A stretch of DNA of 33,615 nt from a virus (lineage: Duplodnaviria; Heunggongvirae; Uroviricota; Caudoviricetes): IMG/VR virus record IMGVR_UViG_2563366821_000007; one strand, written 5' to 3'. The notes beneath the pieces were generated by a model. It was not told where the DNA came from, made no database searches, and saw only the letters and a program-made list of their open reading frames with translations. How positions within the stretch are numbered: the first letter of the stretch is position 1; every line of letters starts with the position of its first letter. A program made the position numbers and the translations under genes. Positions 25,290-33,615 of this stretch are shown piece by piece.

Positions 25290-25490
25290 TTTTTTTGCAA
25301 ATCACAAAGTCAATTTAATGAGCCTCGCGATGCGGGGCTTTTTGCAATAAATGCGTACCGCAACGCATGTTTTTTACACCGAACCTGCCCCTTTGGAATG
25401 GGCCTTTGAGGATACCAGTTAGTGCTGGCGAGCCTCGGTGGGCTGGTTTCCTATGCGGCAAAGGTTCATTTCAAATGGTAGGTAAACGTT

Positions 25491-26012
25491 ATGAATATCG
25501 TGCCACTTAATTACAAAGGTGAAATTGTCAGTTTCAACACTGATGGTTGGATCAACGTCACAGGTGTTGCTGAGAGATTTGGAAAACGCATTGATAACTG
25601 GATGCGTTTGGCAGAAACGCTTGAATACGTTCGTGCTTTAGACGAAGCGTTGACCGGGAAAGAATCTCAAATTTTACATCCCTCACAATCGAGGTATGTA
25701 AAAACCAGCAAGGCACGAAAGGACAGGGGTGGTGGTACGTGGCTACATCCAAAACTTTCAGTTGCATTTGCCCGTTGGTGTGATGCTCGTTTTGCTGTGT
25801 GGTGCGACCTGCACATTGATAGTCTGCTTCGCGGTGAACTGACTGAGCAGCAGAAATATGAGCAAGCATGTCGCATTCGCGATGACCGGAAATCAAAAGC
25901 CAGCAATGGGGCAAGAGAGATGGCTCGCTGGCGATGGGATAAGCCGGTTATTGAAGCAAATGTTGAGTACTGGCGCGAGCAACTGCAGTTGACTCTCGAT
26001 ATCGCGTGCTGA
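25491..26012 (+). CDS. KilA-N domain protein (second copy)
   Basis: 173 aa; KilA-N-like core GGTWLHPKLSVAFARWCDARFAVWCDLHIDSLL. Confidence 0.65.
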   Translation: MNIVPLNYKGEIVSFNTDGWINVTGVAERFGKRIDNWMRLAETLEYVRALDEALTGKESQILHPSQSRYVKTSKARKDRGGGTWLHPKLSVAFARWCDARFAVWCDLHIDSLLRGELTEQQKYEQACRIRDDRKSKASNGAREMARWRWDKPVIEANVEYWREQLQLTLDIAC

Positions 26013-26561
26013 TGGCAAACGCAAAACTGCGTTATCGGAAAAATCAAAGCATTACGAGAACTGAGCAACGGCTATCCATTACAAAGCCCATCTACGGGTG
26101 GGCTTGATAATGAAACCGGAATTTATTCTTGGCAACCAGTTACGGCAGTACCACGAAACAACCCAAGCCAGTAAGTGGGGAAATAACACTGGCAGCCACT
26201 GAAAGATGAAGCTCCTGCCTTAAGGCAAAAAAGATTCTTTGTGGTGGCGGACTGATGGAAAGACATCGGTTATTGCAGAGGCCATTCAATGAGTGGTCTC
26301 GACAATGGCTTATACCCTACACGGGATAACTTAACTGATATCCCTTTTAAAGGATAAAGGTATTCAAGCCTGACACATCATGCGCTGTATCGTCGCCGTA
26401 TTCCTGCATTAACAGAGACCGCAGCCCGACGGGGAACTCCTCTGCGCGAGTGTGCGGGGATAATCAAAAACGATACACACCGGGGTTTACCGCGTTAACG
26501 GAGCGCGGCGTTGTCCCCTCATGGTCGCTGGTCCGGTGCGATGGTGGAAGAAACCGAACGT

Positions 26562-26762
26562 TCATTTCTCGTTATTTGTCATGCTGGTCGGGCGCAGATG
26601 CGTTGCATCTGTTGCCAGCCTTCTCCTGCAGGCTTCAATAACCCACGCTGAAAAGTTACCGGACCCTTTATGCTCAAGGGCTATGTTGATTTGTTCAATT
26701 ATGTGATTGGGGAAACGGATATTGCGGGTTGTGGTTCTGCGGGTCCGGTTTTTCGATGACAT
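26562..26762 (-). CDS. YlcI/YnfO-family small protein (DUF3950-like)
   Basis: Start reset to the internal ATG (MSSKNRTRRTTTRNIRFPNHIIEQINIALEHKGSGNFSAWVIEACRRRL), matching the YlcI/YnfO pattern. Confidence 0.5.
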   Translation of the reverse strand: MSSKNRTRRTTTRNIRFPNHIIEQINIALEHKGSGNFSAWVIEACRRRLATDATHLRPTSMTNNEK

Positions 26763-26803
26763 ATTTATTTCCTTTACTGATTGCCATATGACGGGGATTT
26801 TAC

Positions 26804-27169
26804 ATGGCTGAGCTTCGTACACTCCAGAGCAGAATCAAAACACTGAATACCCGACGGGTGAATATTCTGAAGGGGGAACTGCGTCGTGTCAGTGGCAGTG
26901 CACGTGTTTCCCTCAAGCGTCATATCTGGCTGAGGGACGCCGGGCAGTGCTGTATCTGTGGTCGTGTGGTTGACCTCTGTGACAGTGAACTCGATCACCG
27001 AATTGCACTTCAGTTCGGTGGTGGTAATGAGGAGACGAATCTCTGGACGCTCTGTACCGAATGCCATCGACAAAAGTCTGCTCGTGAAGCGGCGGGTGGT
27101 ATGCCGGACCCGACGCTGCCGGAGGTGTCCGGAGGTAGTGGCAGAGCGGACGACATCATCGGACTGTAA
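26804..27169 (+). CDS. HNH endonuclease (terminase-associated)
   Basis: 121 aa; HNH motif CCICGRVVDLCDSELDHRIALQFGGGNEETNLWTLCTECH; immediately upstream of cos-like repeats and terminase genes. Confidence 0.8.
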   Translation: MAELRTLQSRIKTLNTRRVNILKGELRRVSGSARVSLKRHIWLRDAGQCCICGRVVDLCDSELDHRIALQFGGGNEETNLWTLCTECHRQKSAREAAGGMPDPTLPEVSGGSGRADDIIGL

Positions 27170-27261
27170 CCCGACCCGGGGGGGGGTATCATCCGGCGTA
27201 AAAAACGATCGCTTTGGACACCGCGCCCCCTCTCACGCAGAGAAAAAATTCCCGTTTCAGG

Positions 27262-27390
27262 CCAGTTAACATGTTAACTGGCTGCCCGGGCATTTTTGCG
27301 GTTTTTATCTTTATTATTCAGTTTGTTGTGCGAAAAAATGTTAACTGGCTTTTTCAGAAAATGTTAACCAGGCAGCAGTTAACATTTGCG
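27262..27390. repeat. Cluster of GTTAAC-centred palindromic repeats (candidate cos / terminase-binding region)
   Basis: Perfect 20-bp palindrome CCAGTTAACATGTTAACTGG (27262-27281) plus three further copies of AAAATGTTAAC(Y)(W)GG or its complement at 27338, 27361 and 27377; lies between the HNH gene and the terminase small subunit. Confidence 0.45.
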
Positions 27391-27459
27391 GCATGAGACG
27401 CCGGGAAAAATGGGCTGAACCATACCCGGCTGAGTGCGTTCTGGACCCGGGAGGAGGCT

Positions 27460-28023
27460 GTGCTGACAACGCAAAAACGAAAATTTGCGCTGGCGCTCAT
27501 GTCCGGGAAAAACAAAACAGCGTCAGCCATTGCCGCCGGTTATTCGGCGAAGACCGCCAGGGTTAAAGGCTCGCAGCTGGCAAAAGATCCGGAGGTGCTC
27601 GCGTTTATAGCCCGTAAACAGTGCGAAACGGTGGAGGTGGATGAGGTTCCTGTTTACCGGCAGAAAAAATCAGAGCAGGAGGATAAACCCCGTCGCCGTG
27701 AGGCGGCTGCAATACCACAGCCGGACGAAAACAATCCGGAGATGCCACCGCCCGCGGTGATGTCTCATGGTATTGAATATATGGAGGATGGTCTTCCCGA
27801 TCCGGTGAAAGCTATGGGGCAGATCCTGGTGGAAAACCTCAGCATTGATCCGAAACTGGCACTGGATGCGGCCTGGCGACTGGCGCAGTTCACACACCAT
27901 AAAAAAGGCGATGCCGGTAAAAAATCGGCAAAAGGTGATGCCGCGAAAAAAGCGGCTAACCGTTTTGCGGTGCCACCGCCACCCCGACTGGTGGTGAATA
28001 ACGATAATGAGGGCAACGGATGA
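27460..28023 (+). CDS. Terminase small subunit
   Basis: 187 aa; GTG start after GGAGGAGG; N-terminal KRKFALALMSGKNKTASAIAAGYSAKTARVKGSQL matches the phage terminase small-subunit HTH signature. Confidence 0.75.
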   Translation: MLTTQKRKFALALMSGKNKTASAIAAGYSAKTARVKGSQLAKDPEVLAFIARKQCETVEVDEVPVYRQKKSEQEDKPRRREAAAIPQPDENNPEMPPPAVMSHGIEYMEDGLPDPVKAMGQILVENLSIDPKLALDAAWRLAQFTHHKKGDAGKKSAKGDAAKKAANRFAVPPPPRLVVNNDNEGNG

Positions 28024-29681
28024 TACCTGTATGGAGCACAGCCTGCCCGGACTGGGCAGAGCGCCTGAAAAAGGGGCTGTCGATTATTCCGGATCCGATT
28101 TATCCGGACGAGGCCGCACATGCCCTGGCGATTTTTAAACAACTGCGGATTGTGGATGCACCTGGTAGCCCGACGTTCGGGGAGTCCTGTGCACCGTGGG
28201 TGTTTGACCTGGTGGCGGCCCTGTTTGGCTCCTACGATGCGCAGACCGGTGTACGCCATATCAAGGAAGTTTTTATCCTTATCCCCAAGAAAAACTCGAA
28301 GTCCACGCTGGCCGCGGGGATCATGATGACTGCACTGTTACTGAACTGGCGGCAGGCGGCGGGTTACACGATTCTGGCCCCGACTGTGGAGGTGGCGGCC
28401 AACGCCTTCAACCCTGCCCGGGATATGGTACGACGTGACGATGATCTGGATGACCTCTGCCAGGTACAGACCCATATCCGGACCATCACCCACAGGGTGA
28501 CAGACACCACCCTGAAGGTGGTGGCAGCCGATCCGAATACGGTGTCCGGTATCAAGTCCGTGGGTACGCTGATTGATGAGTTGTGGCTGTTTGGCAAGCA
28601 GTGCAAGGCGGAGGACATGTTACGTGAAGCCATAGGCGGCCTTGCCTCCCGCCCGGAAGGGTTTGTGGTGTATACGACCACCCAGTCGAATGAACCGCCT
28701 GCCGGGGTGTTCAGACAGAAACTGCAGTACGCCCGGGATGTGCGCGACGGCAAAATTCATGATCCGCACTTTCTGCCGGTGATATTTGAACACCCTCCTG
28801 AAATGGTGGAAAGCGGGGCTCACCTGCTGATGGAAAACCTCGCCATGGTCAATCCGAATCTCGGCTATTCAGTGGATGAGGCCTTTCTGTACCGGGAGTA
28901 CCGTAAAGCCCGGGAAGCCGGTGAAGAGACATTCCGGGGGTTCATGTCAAAACACGCCAATGTGGAAATTGGCCTTGCCCTGCGCTCTGACCGCTGGGCG
29001 GGGGCTGATTTCTGGGAAGAGCAGGGCCGTTGTATCAGCCTGGACGATATCCTGCGTCGTGCTGATGTGGTGACGGTGGGGATTGACGGCGGAGGGCTGG
29101 ATGATCTGCTGGGGATGTATGTGATTGGGCGTGACCGGGAGACCCGCGAATGGCTGGGCTGGGGCCATGCCTGGGCGCATGAAACCGCGGTGGTCCGACG
29201 GAAGAGCGAGGCGTCCCGGTTTCAGGATCTTGTTGCCTGTGGAGATATGACCATTGTCCGGCGTGTCGGGGATGACACGGCGGAAGTGGCGGAATATGTG
29301 CGTCGCATTCATGAGGCTGAGTTACTGGACCATATCGGTATTGACCCGTCAGGGGTGGGGCAGATTCTGGATTCACTGGCGGAAGCCGGGATCCCCGACG
29401 GAATTGTGGTGGGGATAAGCCAGGGCTGGAAACTGGGCGGGGCCATTAAAACCACCGAGCGCAAGCTGGCTGAAGGGGTACTGGTGCATGGTGACCAGCC
29501 CCTGATGGCCTGGTGTGTCGGCAATGCCCGGGTGGAGCCTAAAGGTAACGCCATTCTTATCACCAAACAGGCCAGTGGACGGGGAAAAATTGACCCGCTG
29601 ATGGCGCTGTTCAATGCGGTCTCCCTGATGTCCCTTAACCCGGAACCGAAAAAGAAAGAATATGCGGTTTTTTTCATATAA
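28020..29681 (+). CDS. Terminase large subunit
   Basis: 553 aa; ATG overlaps the TerS stop; Walker A-like LIPKKNSKSTLAAG, Walker B LIDELW, C-terminal nuclease acidic residues (IGIDPSG). Confidence 0.88.
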   Translation: MIPVWSTACPDWAERLKKGLSIIPDPIYPDEAAHALAIFKQLRIVDAPGSPTFGESCAPWVFDLVAALFGSYDAQTGVRHIKEVFILIPKKNSKSTLAAGIMMTALLLNWRQAAGYTILAPTVEVAANAFNPARDMVRRDDDLDDLCQVQTHIRTITHRVTDTTLKVVAADPNTVSGIKSVGTLIDELWLFGKQCKAEDMLREAIGGLASRPEGFVVYTTTQSNEPPAGVFRQKLQYARDVRDGKIHDPHFLPVIFEHPPEMVESGAHLLMENLAMVNPNLGYSVDEAFLYREYRKAREAGEETFRGFMSKHANVEIGLALRSDRWAGADFWEEQGRCISLDDILRRADVVTVGIDGGGLDDLLGMYVIGRDRETREWLGWGHAWAHETAVVRRKSEASRFQDLVACGDMTIVRRVGDDTAEVAEYVRRIHEAELLDHIGIDPSGVGQILDSLAEAGIPDGIVVGISQGWKLGGAIKTTERKLAEGVLVHGDQPLMAWCVGNARVEPKGNAILITKQASGRGKIDPLMALFNAVSLMSLNPEPKKKEYAVFFI

Positions 29682-29744
29682 CCCTGTTCACACTGTAACC
29701 ATCACGAACCGCTCCGGCGGTTTTTTTATTTTCAGGAGGCTGAT

Positions 29745-31682
29745 GTGACTCTTAAACGGGCCTGTTCCCTGCTGACGGTGAAATCCTTCAGTGAGGATGA
29801 ACGGGTGATCACCGGGATTGCGTCAACGCCTTCTCCGGATCGGGATGGTGACATCCTGGAGCCGGAGGGCGCGGAGTTCGGCAGTGCGATCCCGTTTCTC
29901 TGGCAGCATGACCATTCCCGCCCGGTGGGGCAGTGTACGGTGCGCCGGGTCAGCGAAGGGCTGGAAATCACGGCAACACTGGTGAAGCCCGTACCGGATA
30001 TGCCGTCGCAACTGGCTGCCCGGCTGGATGAGGTCTGGGCGGCCATTAAGACCGGGCTGGTCAGGGGGCTGTCCGTGGGCTTCCGTCCCCATGAATACAC
30101 CTTTCTGGACGGAGGCGGACTGCATTTTCTGCGCTGGGAGCTGATGGAGGTGTCTGCCGTCACCGTGCCCGCGAATGCGGAATGCACCATCCGGACCATT
30201 AAATCTTACGACCGCCCGTTTTCTGCCGCGTCCGGCAACCGGAAACCGGTGGTGAAAATCGCATCTTCTGCCGGCGCTGCGGCACAGTCAACAACCGTTT
30301 TTCATAAGGAAAAGACCATAATGAATATTGGCGAACAGATTAAAAGTTTTGAAAACAAGCGTGCAGCGCTGGCAGCCTCCCTTGAGGAGGTCATGACCAA
30401 AGCCGCAGAGGAAGGGCGCACGCTGGATGTGGAGGAGGAAGAGCATTACGACAACACCGCAGCGGAAATCCGTCAGGTGGATGCGCACCTGAAGCGCCTG
30501 CGTGAACTGGAAGCCGGTAAGGCCGCCACGGCGCAGCCGGTGAAACAGGCCGGTAACGGGAATGTGGCCGCGGTGGCTTCTGCGCCGGTGATCCGTGTGG
30601 AGCAGAAACTGGATAAGGGGATTGGCTTCGCCCGCTTTGCCAAATCGCTGGCTGCGGCTAAAGGCGTCCGATCTGAAGCCCTGGAAGTGGCCCGTCGTCA
30701 GTATCCGGATGACAGTCGTCTGCATCATGTCCTGAAATCGGCAGTGGGCGCGGGGACCACCACGGATCCGCAGTGGGCAGGCAGCCTGTCTGAATATCAG
30801 GAATACGCACAGGACTTTATTGATTACCTGCGTCCGCAGACCATTATCGGGCGATTTGGTCAGGGCGGGATCCCTGCACTTCGTCAGGTGCCGTTCAATA
30901 TCCGTGTGCACGCCCAGGTGTCCGGCGGTGCTGCCGGCTGGGTGGGTGAGGGTAAGGCAAAACCCCTGACGAAGTTTGATTTTGAATCCATCACCTTCAG
31001 TCATGCGAAGGTGTCGGCCATTGCGGTACTGACGGAAGAATTGATCCGTTTTTCCAGTCCGGCTGCTGATGCACTGGTCCGTAATGCGCTGGCGGAAGCG
31101 GTGGTGGCGCGTCTGGATACAGACTTTGTGGACCCGAAAAAAGCCGCAGTGGCAGATGTCTCCCCGGCGTCCATCACCCATGATGTGAAGGGCACGGCAT
31201 CAACCGGTAACCCGGATGCGGATGCAGAGGCTGCGTTTGGACAGTTTGTGGCAGCAAACCTGCAGCCCACCGGTGCGGTCTGGCTGATGTCCAGCACCAA
31301 TGCCCTGGCACTGTCCATGCGTAAAAATGCGCTGGGTCAGAAGGAATACCCGGACATGACCCTGCTGGGTGGCTCCTTCCAGGGGCTGCCGGTGATTGTC
31401 TCCCAGTACGTGGGTGACCAGCTGGTGCTGGTGAATGCCCCGGATATTTATCTGGCGGATGACGGCGGCGTGGCAGTGGATATGTCCCGCGAGGCATCAC
31501 TGGAAATGCAGTCTGAGCCGGGCGGCGACAGTACCACGCCGTCCCCGGTGGAGCTGGTTTCCATGTTCCAGACAGGCAGCGTGGCCATCCGTGCGGAGCG
31601 CTGGATCAACTGGCGTCGTCGCCGTACCGCGGCGGTGGCGGTGATCACCGGAGTGAACTACGGCAGTGCGTCCGGCGGCTGA
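29745..31682 (+). CDS. Prohead protease (HK97-type) fused to major capsid protein (HK97 fold)
   Basis: 645 aa; GTG start after AGGAGG; N-terminal protease motifs (ITGIASTPSPDRDGDIL...LSVGF...MEVSAVTVPANAECTI), a coiled-coil linker, then a capsid-like domain; an internal in-frame ATG (30321) with AAGGA upstream lies at the domain boundary. Confidence 0.75.
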   Translation: MTLKRACSLLTVKSFSEDERVITGIASTPSPDRDGDILEPEGAEFGSAIPFLWQHDHSRPVGQCTVRRVSEGLEITATLVKPVPDMPSQLAARLDEVWAAIKTGLVRGLSVGFRPHEYTFLDGGGLHFLRWELMEVSAVTVPANAECTIRTIKSYDRPFSAASGNRKPVVKIASSAGAAAQSTTVFHKEKTIMNIGEQIKSFENKRAALAASLEEVMTKAAEEGRTLDVEEEEHYDNTAAEIRQVDAHLKRLRELEAGKAATAQPVKQAGNGNVAAVASAPVIRVEQKLDKGIGFARFAKSLAAAKGVRSEALEVARRQYPDDSRLHHVLKSAVGAGTTTDPQWAGSLSEYQEYAQDFIDYLRPQTIIGRFGQGGIPALRQVPFNIRVHAQVSGGAAGWVGEGKAKPLTKFDFESITFSHAKVSAIAVLTEELIRFSSPAADALVRNALAEAVVARLDTDFVDPKKAAVADVSPASITHDVKGTASTGNPDADAEAAFGQFVAANLQPTGAVWLMSSTNALALSMRKNALGQKEYPDMTLLGGSFQGLPVIVSQYVGDQLVLVNAPDIYLADDGGVAVDMSREASLEMQSEPGGDSTTPSPVELVSMFQTGSVAIRAERWINWRRRRTAAVAVITGVNYGSASGG

Positions 31683-31893
31683 GTCTGATAAGGAGGACGG
31701 GAGGCGTGCGCCTCCCGTAACAGGTTATGGCAAAGATCCGATATCTGCAGGGCACGCATGATGCCCGGGCCGGGGATATCCGTGATGTGGCACAGCCGTG
31801 TGCGGAGGTGCTGGTTCGCCTGGGAAAGGCGGAGTACATCACGGTGCGACGTCCGGCAGGTCAGAAAAAGAAACGTGATGCGGAGCATGGCGA

Positions 31894-33615
31894 ATGTGGA
31901 ACCTTTTACGGCGAACCCGAAAAAACCAGAAATCAGGACGTGACGTAAGAGAGGCGGGCTGGACCAGCCTGTTTCAGGCGGTGGCTGAGCCCTTTTCCGG
32001 CGCCTGGCAGCAGGGCGTGAAAGCCGATCCTGAAGCCGTCCTCTCCTTTCATGCGGTGTTTGCATGTATTTCGCTGATATCCCAGGATATCGCCAAAATG
32101 CGGCTGCGTCTTATGCAGACGGATGCGCATGGGATACGCAGGGAAACGCGCCGGGGGGATATTGCCCGCCTCTGTCGTCGTCCCAACGCCCAGCAGAACC
32201 GCATCCAGTTTTTTGAACTGTGGCTGAACGCCAAACTGCGTCACGGCAATACGGTGGTGCTGAAAATCCGTAATGCCCGGGGGCAGATCAAAGAACTGCG
32301 TATTCTGGACTGGAGCCGGGTTGAACCTCTGGTGGCGGATGACGGCGAGGTGTTCTACCGCATCACGCCGGACCGGAACTGCGGGATCACGGAGGCGGTG
32401 ACGGTGCCTGCCCGGGAAGTGATCCACGACCGGTTTAACTGTTTTTTTCATCCGCTTATAGGATTGCCGCCGGTGTATGCCGCCGGGCTGGCGGCCACGC
32501 AGGGGCATCATATTCAGGAAAATTCGACGTCTTTTTTCAGAAATGGTGGCAGGCCGTCCGGGGTGATTGAGATCCCCGGCAGTATTACGGAAGAAAATGC
32601 GAAAAAACTGAAGAGCAACTGGGACAGCGGGTATACAGGCGAAAATGCGGGGAAAACGGCCATTCTGAGCAACGGGGCAAAATACAACCCCACGACGTTT
32701 TCACCTGTGGATGCGCAGACGGTGGAACAACTGAAGATGACCGCTGAAATTGTCTGTTCGGTGTTCCGTGTCCCGGCCTACAAGATTGGCGTGGGACAAC
32801 CGCCTTCCAGTGACAACGTGGAGGCGCTGGAGCAGCAGTATTATTCCCAGTGCCTGCAGACGCTGATTGAGTCCATTGAACTGTTACTGGATGAGGCGCT
32901 GGAAACGGGGGAAAACGAGAGTACAGAATTTGATGTCACCACGCTGCTGAGAATGGACAGTGAGCGGCGCATGAAAACGCTGGGGGATGCGGTGAAAAAT
33001 ACGCTTCTCACGCCCAATGAGGCCCGTAAACGGGAGAACCTGCCGCCCCTGGCCGGCGGTGATGCACTGTATCTTCAGCAGCAGAACTACAGTCTGGAGG
33101 CGCTGTCCCGTCGTGATGCCCGTGAGGATCCGTTCTCGTCTGCCGGGAAAACAGTTTCATCACAGCTGCCTGACGGCGCATCTGACGGTAATAAGGCAAT
33201 CAGTGAAACAGAGCATGATGCGGTGAAAGCGATGTTCAGGGGGGATACTGAGAAAATGACGGAACGGGAACTGTCCATTATTCGTGCACTGGGAGAAGAA
33301 TTCTCCACAGTGCTGGCGGATTTACAGCGCACATTTGAGGGGAAGATGGCCTCGCAGGCACAAGCGTTTGAAGAGAAACTGACTTCCCTGTCGGCGGTAT
33401 TACAGAAGCATGTGACGGTGGATGAGGTGCGTCCGGTTCTGCAGGCGATGGTGGATGACGCTGTGGGGGCCATTCCGGTACCGCGTGATGGTCGTGATTA
33501 TGATCCGGATGTACTGCAGCAGGCGGTGAATGATGCGGTCGCAAATATTCCGCAGCCGGCGGACGGTAAAAGTCTCACCCCGGATGATGTGCGTCCGATG
33601 CTTGAACAGATGGTG
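31894..33615 (+). CDS. Portal protein (HK97-family), 3'-truncated by the window edge
   Basis: Frame open from ATG 31894 to the window end (574 codons, no stop, so absent from the ORF track); motifs AVFACISLISQDIAKMRLRL and FFRNGGRPSGVIEIPGSITEENAKKLKSNWDSGYTGENAGKTAILSNG fit phage portal proteins. Confidence 0.75.
   Translation, partial: MWNLLRRTRKNQKSGRDVREAGWTSLFQAVAEPFSGAWQQGVKADPEAVLSFHAVFACISLISQDIAKMRLRLMQTDAHGIRRETRRGDIARLCRRPNAQQNRIQFFELWLNAKLRHGNTVVLKIRNARGQIKELRILDWSRVEPLVADDGEVFYRITPDRNCGITEAVTVPAREVIHDRFNCFFHPLIGLPPVYAAGLAATQGHHIQENSTSFFRNGGRPSGVIEIPGSITEENAKKLKSNWDSGYTGENAGKTAILSNGAKYNPTTFSPVDAQTVEQLKMTAEIVCSVFRVPAYKIGVGQPPSSDNVEALEQQYYSQCLQTLIESIELLLDEALETGENESTEFDVTTLLRMDSERRMKTLGDAVKNTLLTPNEARKRENLPPLAGGDALYLQQQNYSLEALSRRDAREDPFSSAGKTVSSQLPDGASDGNKAISETEHDAVKAMFRGDTEKMTERELSIIRALGEEFSTVLADLQRTFEGKMASQAQAFEEKLTSLSAVLQKHVTVDEVRPVLQAMVDDAVGAIPVPRDGRDYDPDVLQQAVNDAVANIPQPADGKSLTPDDVRPMLEQMV

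Noticed and set aside
27765-31500. Multiple long minus-strand ORFs (27765..28259, 28364..28753, 28947..29376, 29309..29677, 29732..30199, 30288..31181, 31174..31500) antisense to the terminase and capsid genes
   Set aside because: High-GC structural genes commonly throw open antisense frames; the translations are Arg/Pro/Gly-rich with no domains, and the plus-strand genes have clear terminase, protease and capsid motifs.
31933-32511. Minus-strand 192-aa ORF antisense to the portal gene
   Set aside because: Same reasoning: antisense open frame in a GC-rich structural gene with recognisable portal motifs on the plus strand.
1-33615. CRISPR arrays, insertion sequences or transposases
   Set aside because: No short regularly spaced direct repeats and no transposase-like ORF were seen; the only repeat families are the iterons, cos-like palindromes, the Rha duplication and the left-operon junction cassette.

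Overview
This window is the left and central part of a lambdoid prophage of the kind found in Escherichia/Shigella, read in standard prophage order. All calls below rest on motif recognition by eye from the sequence and the ORF track; no database search or RNA folding was run. Gene order: integrase and putative excisionase at the left end (minus strand), then a leftward early operon of small accessory genes (two Ea22-like paralogs, two DUF551-like proteins, an HD-domain hydrolase, RdgC-like protein). A ~690-bp structured non-coding stretch follows, then a CI-type repressor (HTH plus S24 peptidase) divergent from cro-like and CII-like genes. Next come two tandem Rha-family paralogs, an O-like replication gene with internal iterons, and a nin-like block (PerC-like regulator, phage Dam methylase, a LexA DNA-binding-domain-only protein, RusA, an SOS-box-preceded KilA-N gene, DUF968, antiterminator Q). 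Downstream of Q sit an AT-rich cargo gene, an AraC-family regulator, three tRNA genes (CAT, TCG, TCT anticodons), and a NanS-p-like esterase. The window ends with a pinholin/SAR-endolysin/Rz/Rz1 lysis cassette, HNH endonuclease, cos-like repeats, terminase small and large subunits, a prohead-protease/major-capsid fusion and a portal gene truncated by the window edge. No Shiga toxin genes, CRISPR array or transposase were seen. I did not identify a confirmed novel system. The strongest candidates are a LexA DNA-binding-domain-only paralog sitting next to a consensus SOS box, the AT-rich cargo gene between Q and the first terminator, and the tandem Rha-family paralogs with a conserved terminator-like hairpin in their shared 5' segment. 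Alternative start codons (GTG/TTG) appear in the ORF track, and I adjusted several starts to the nearest ATG/GTG with a Shine-Dalgarno sequence.
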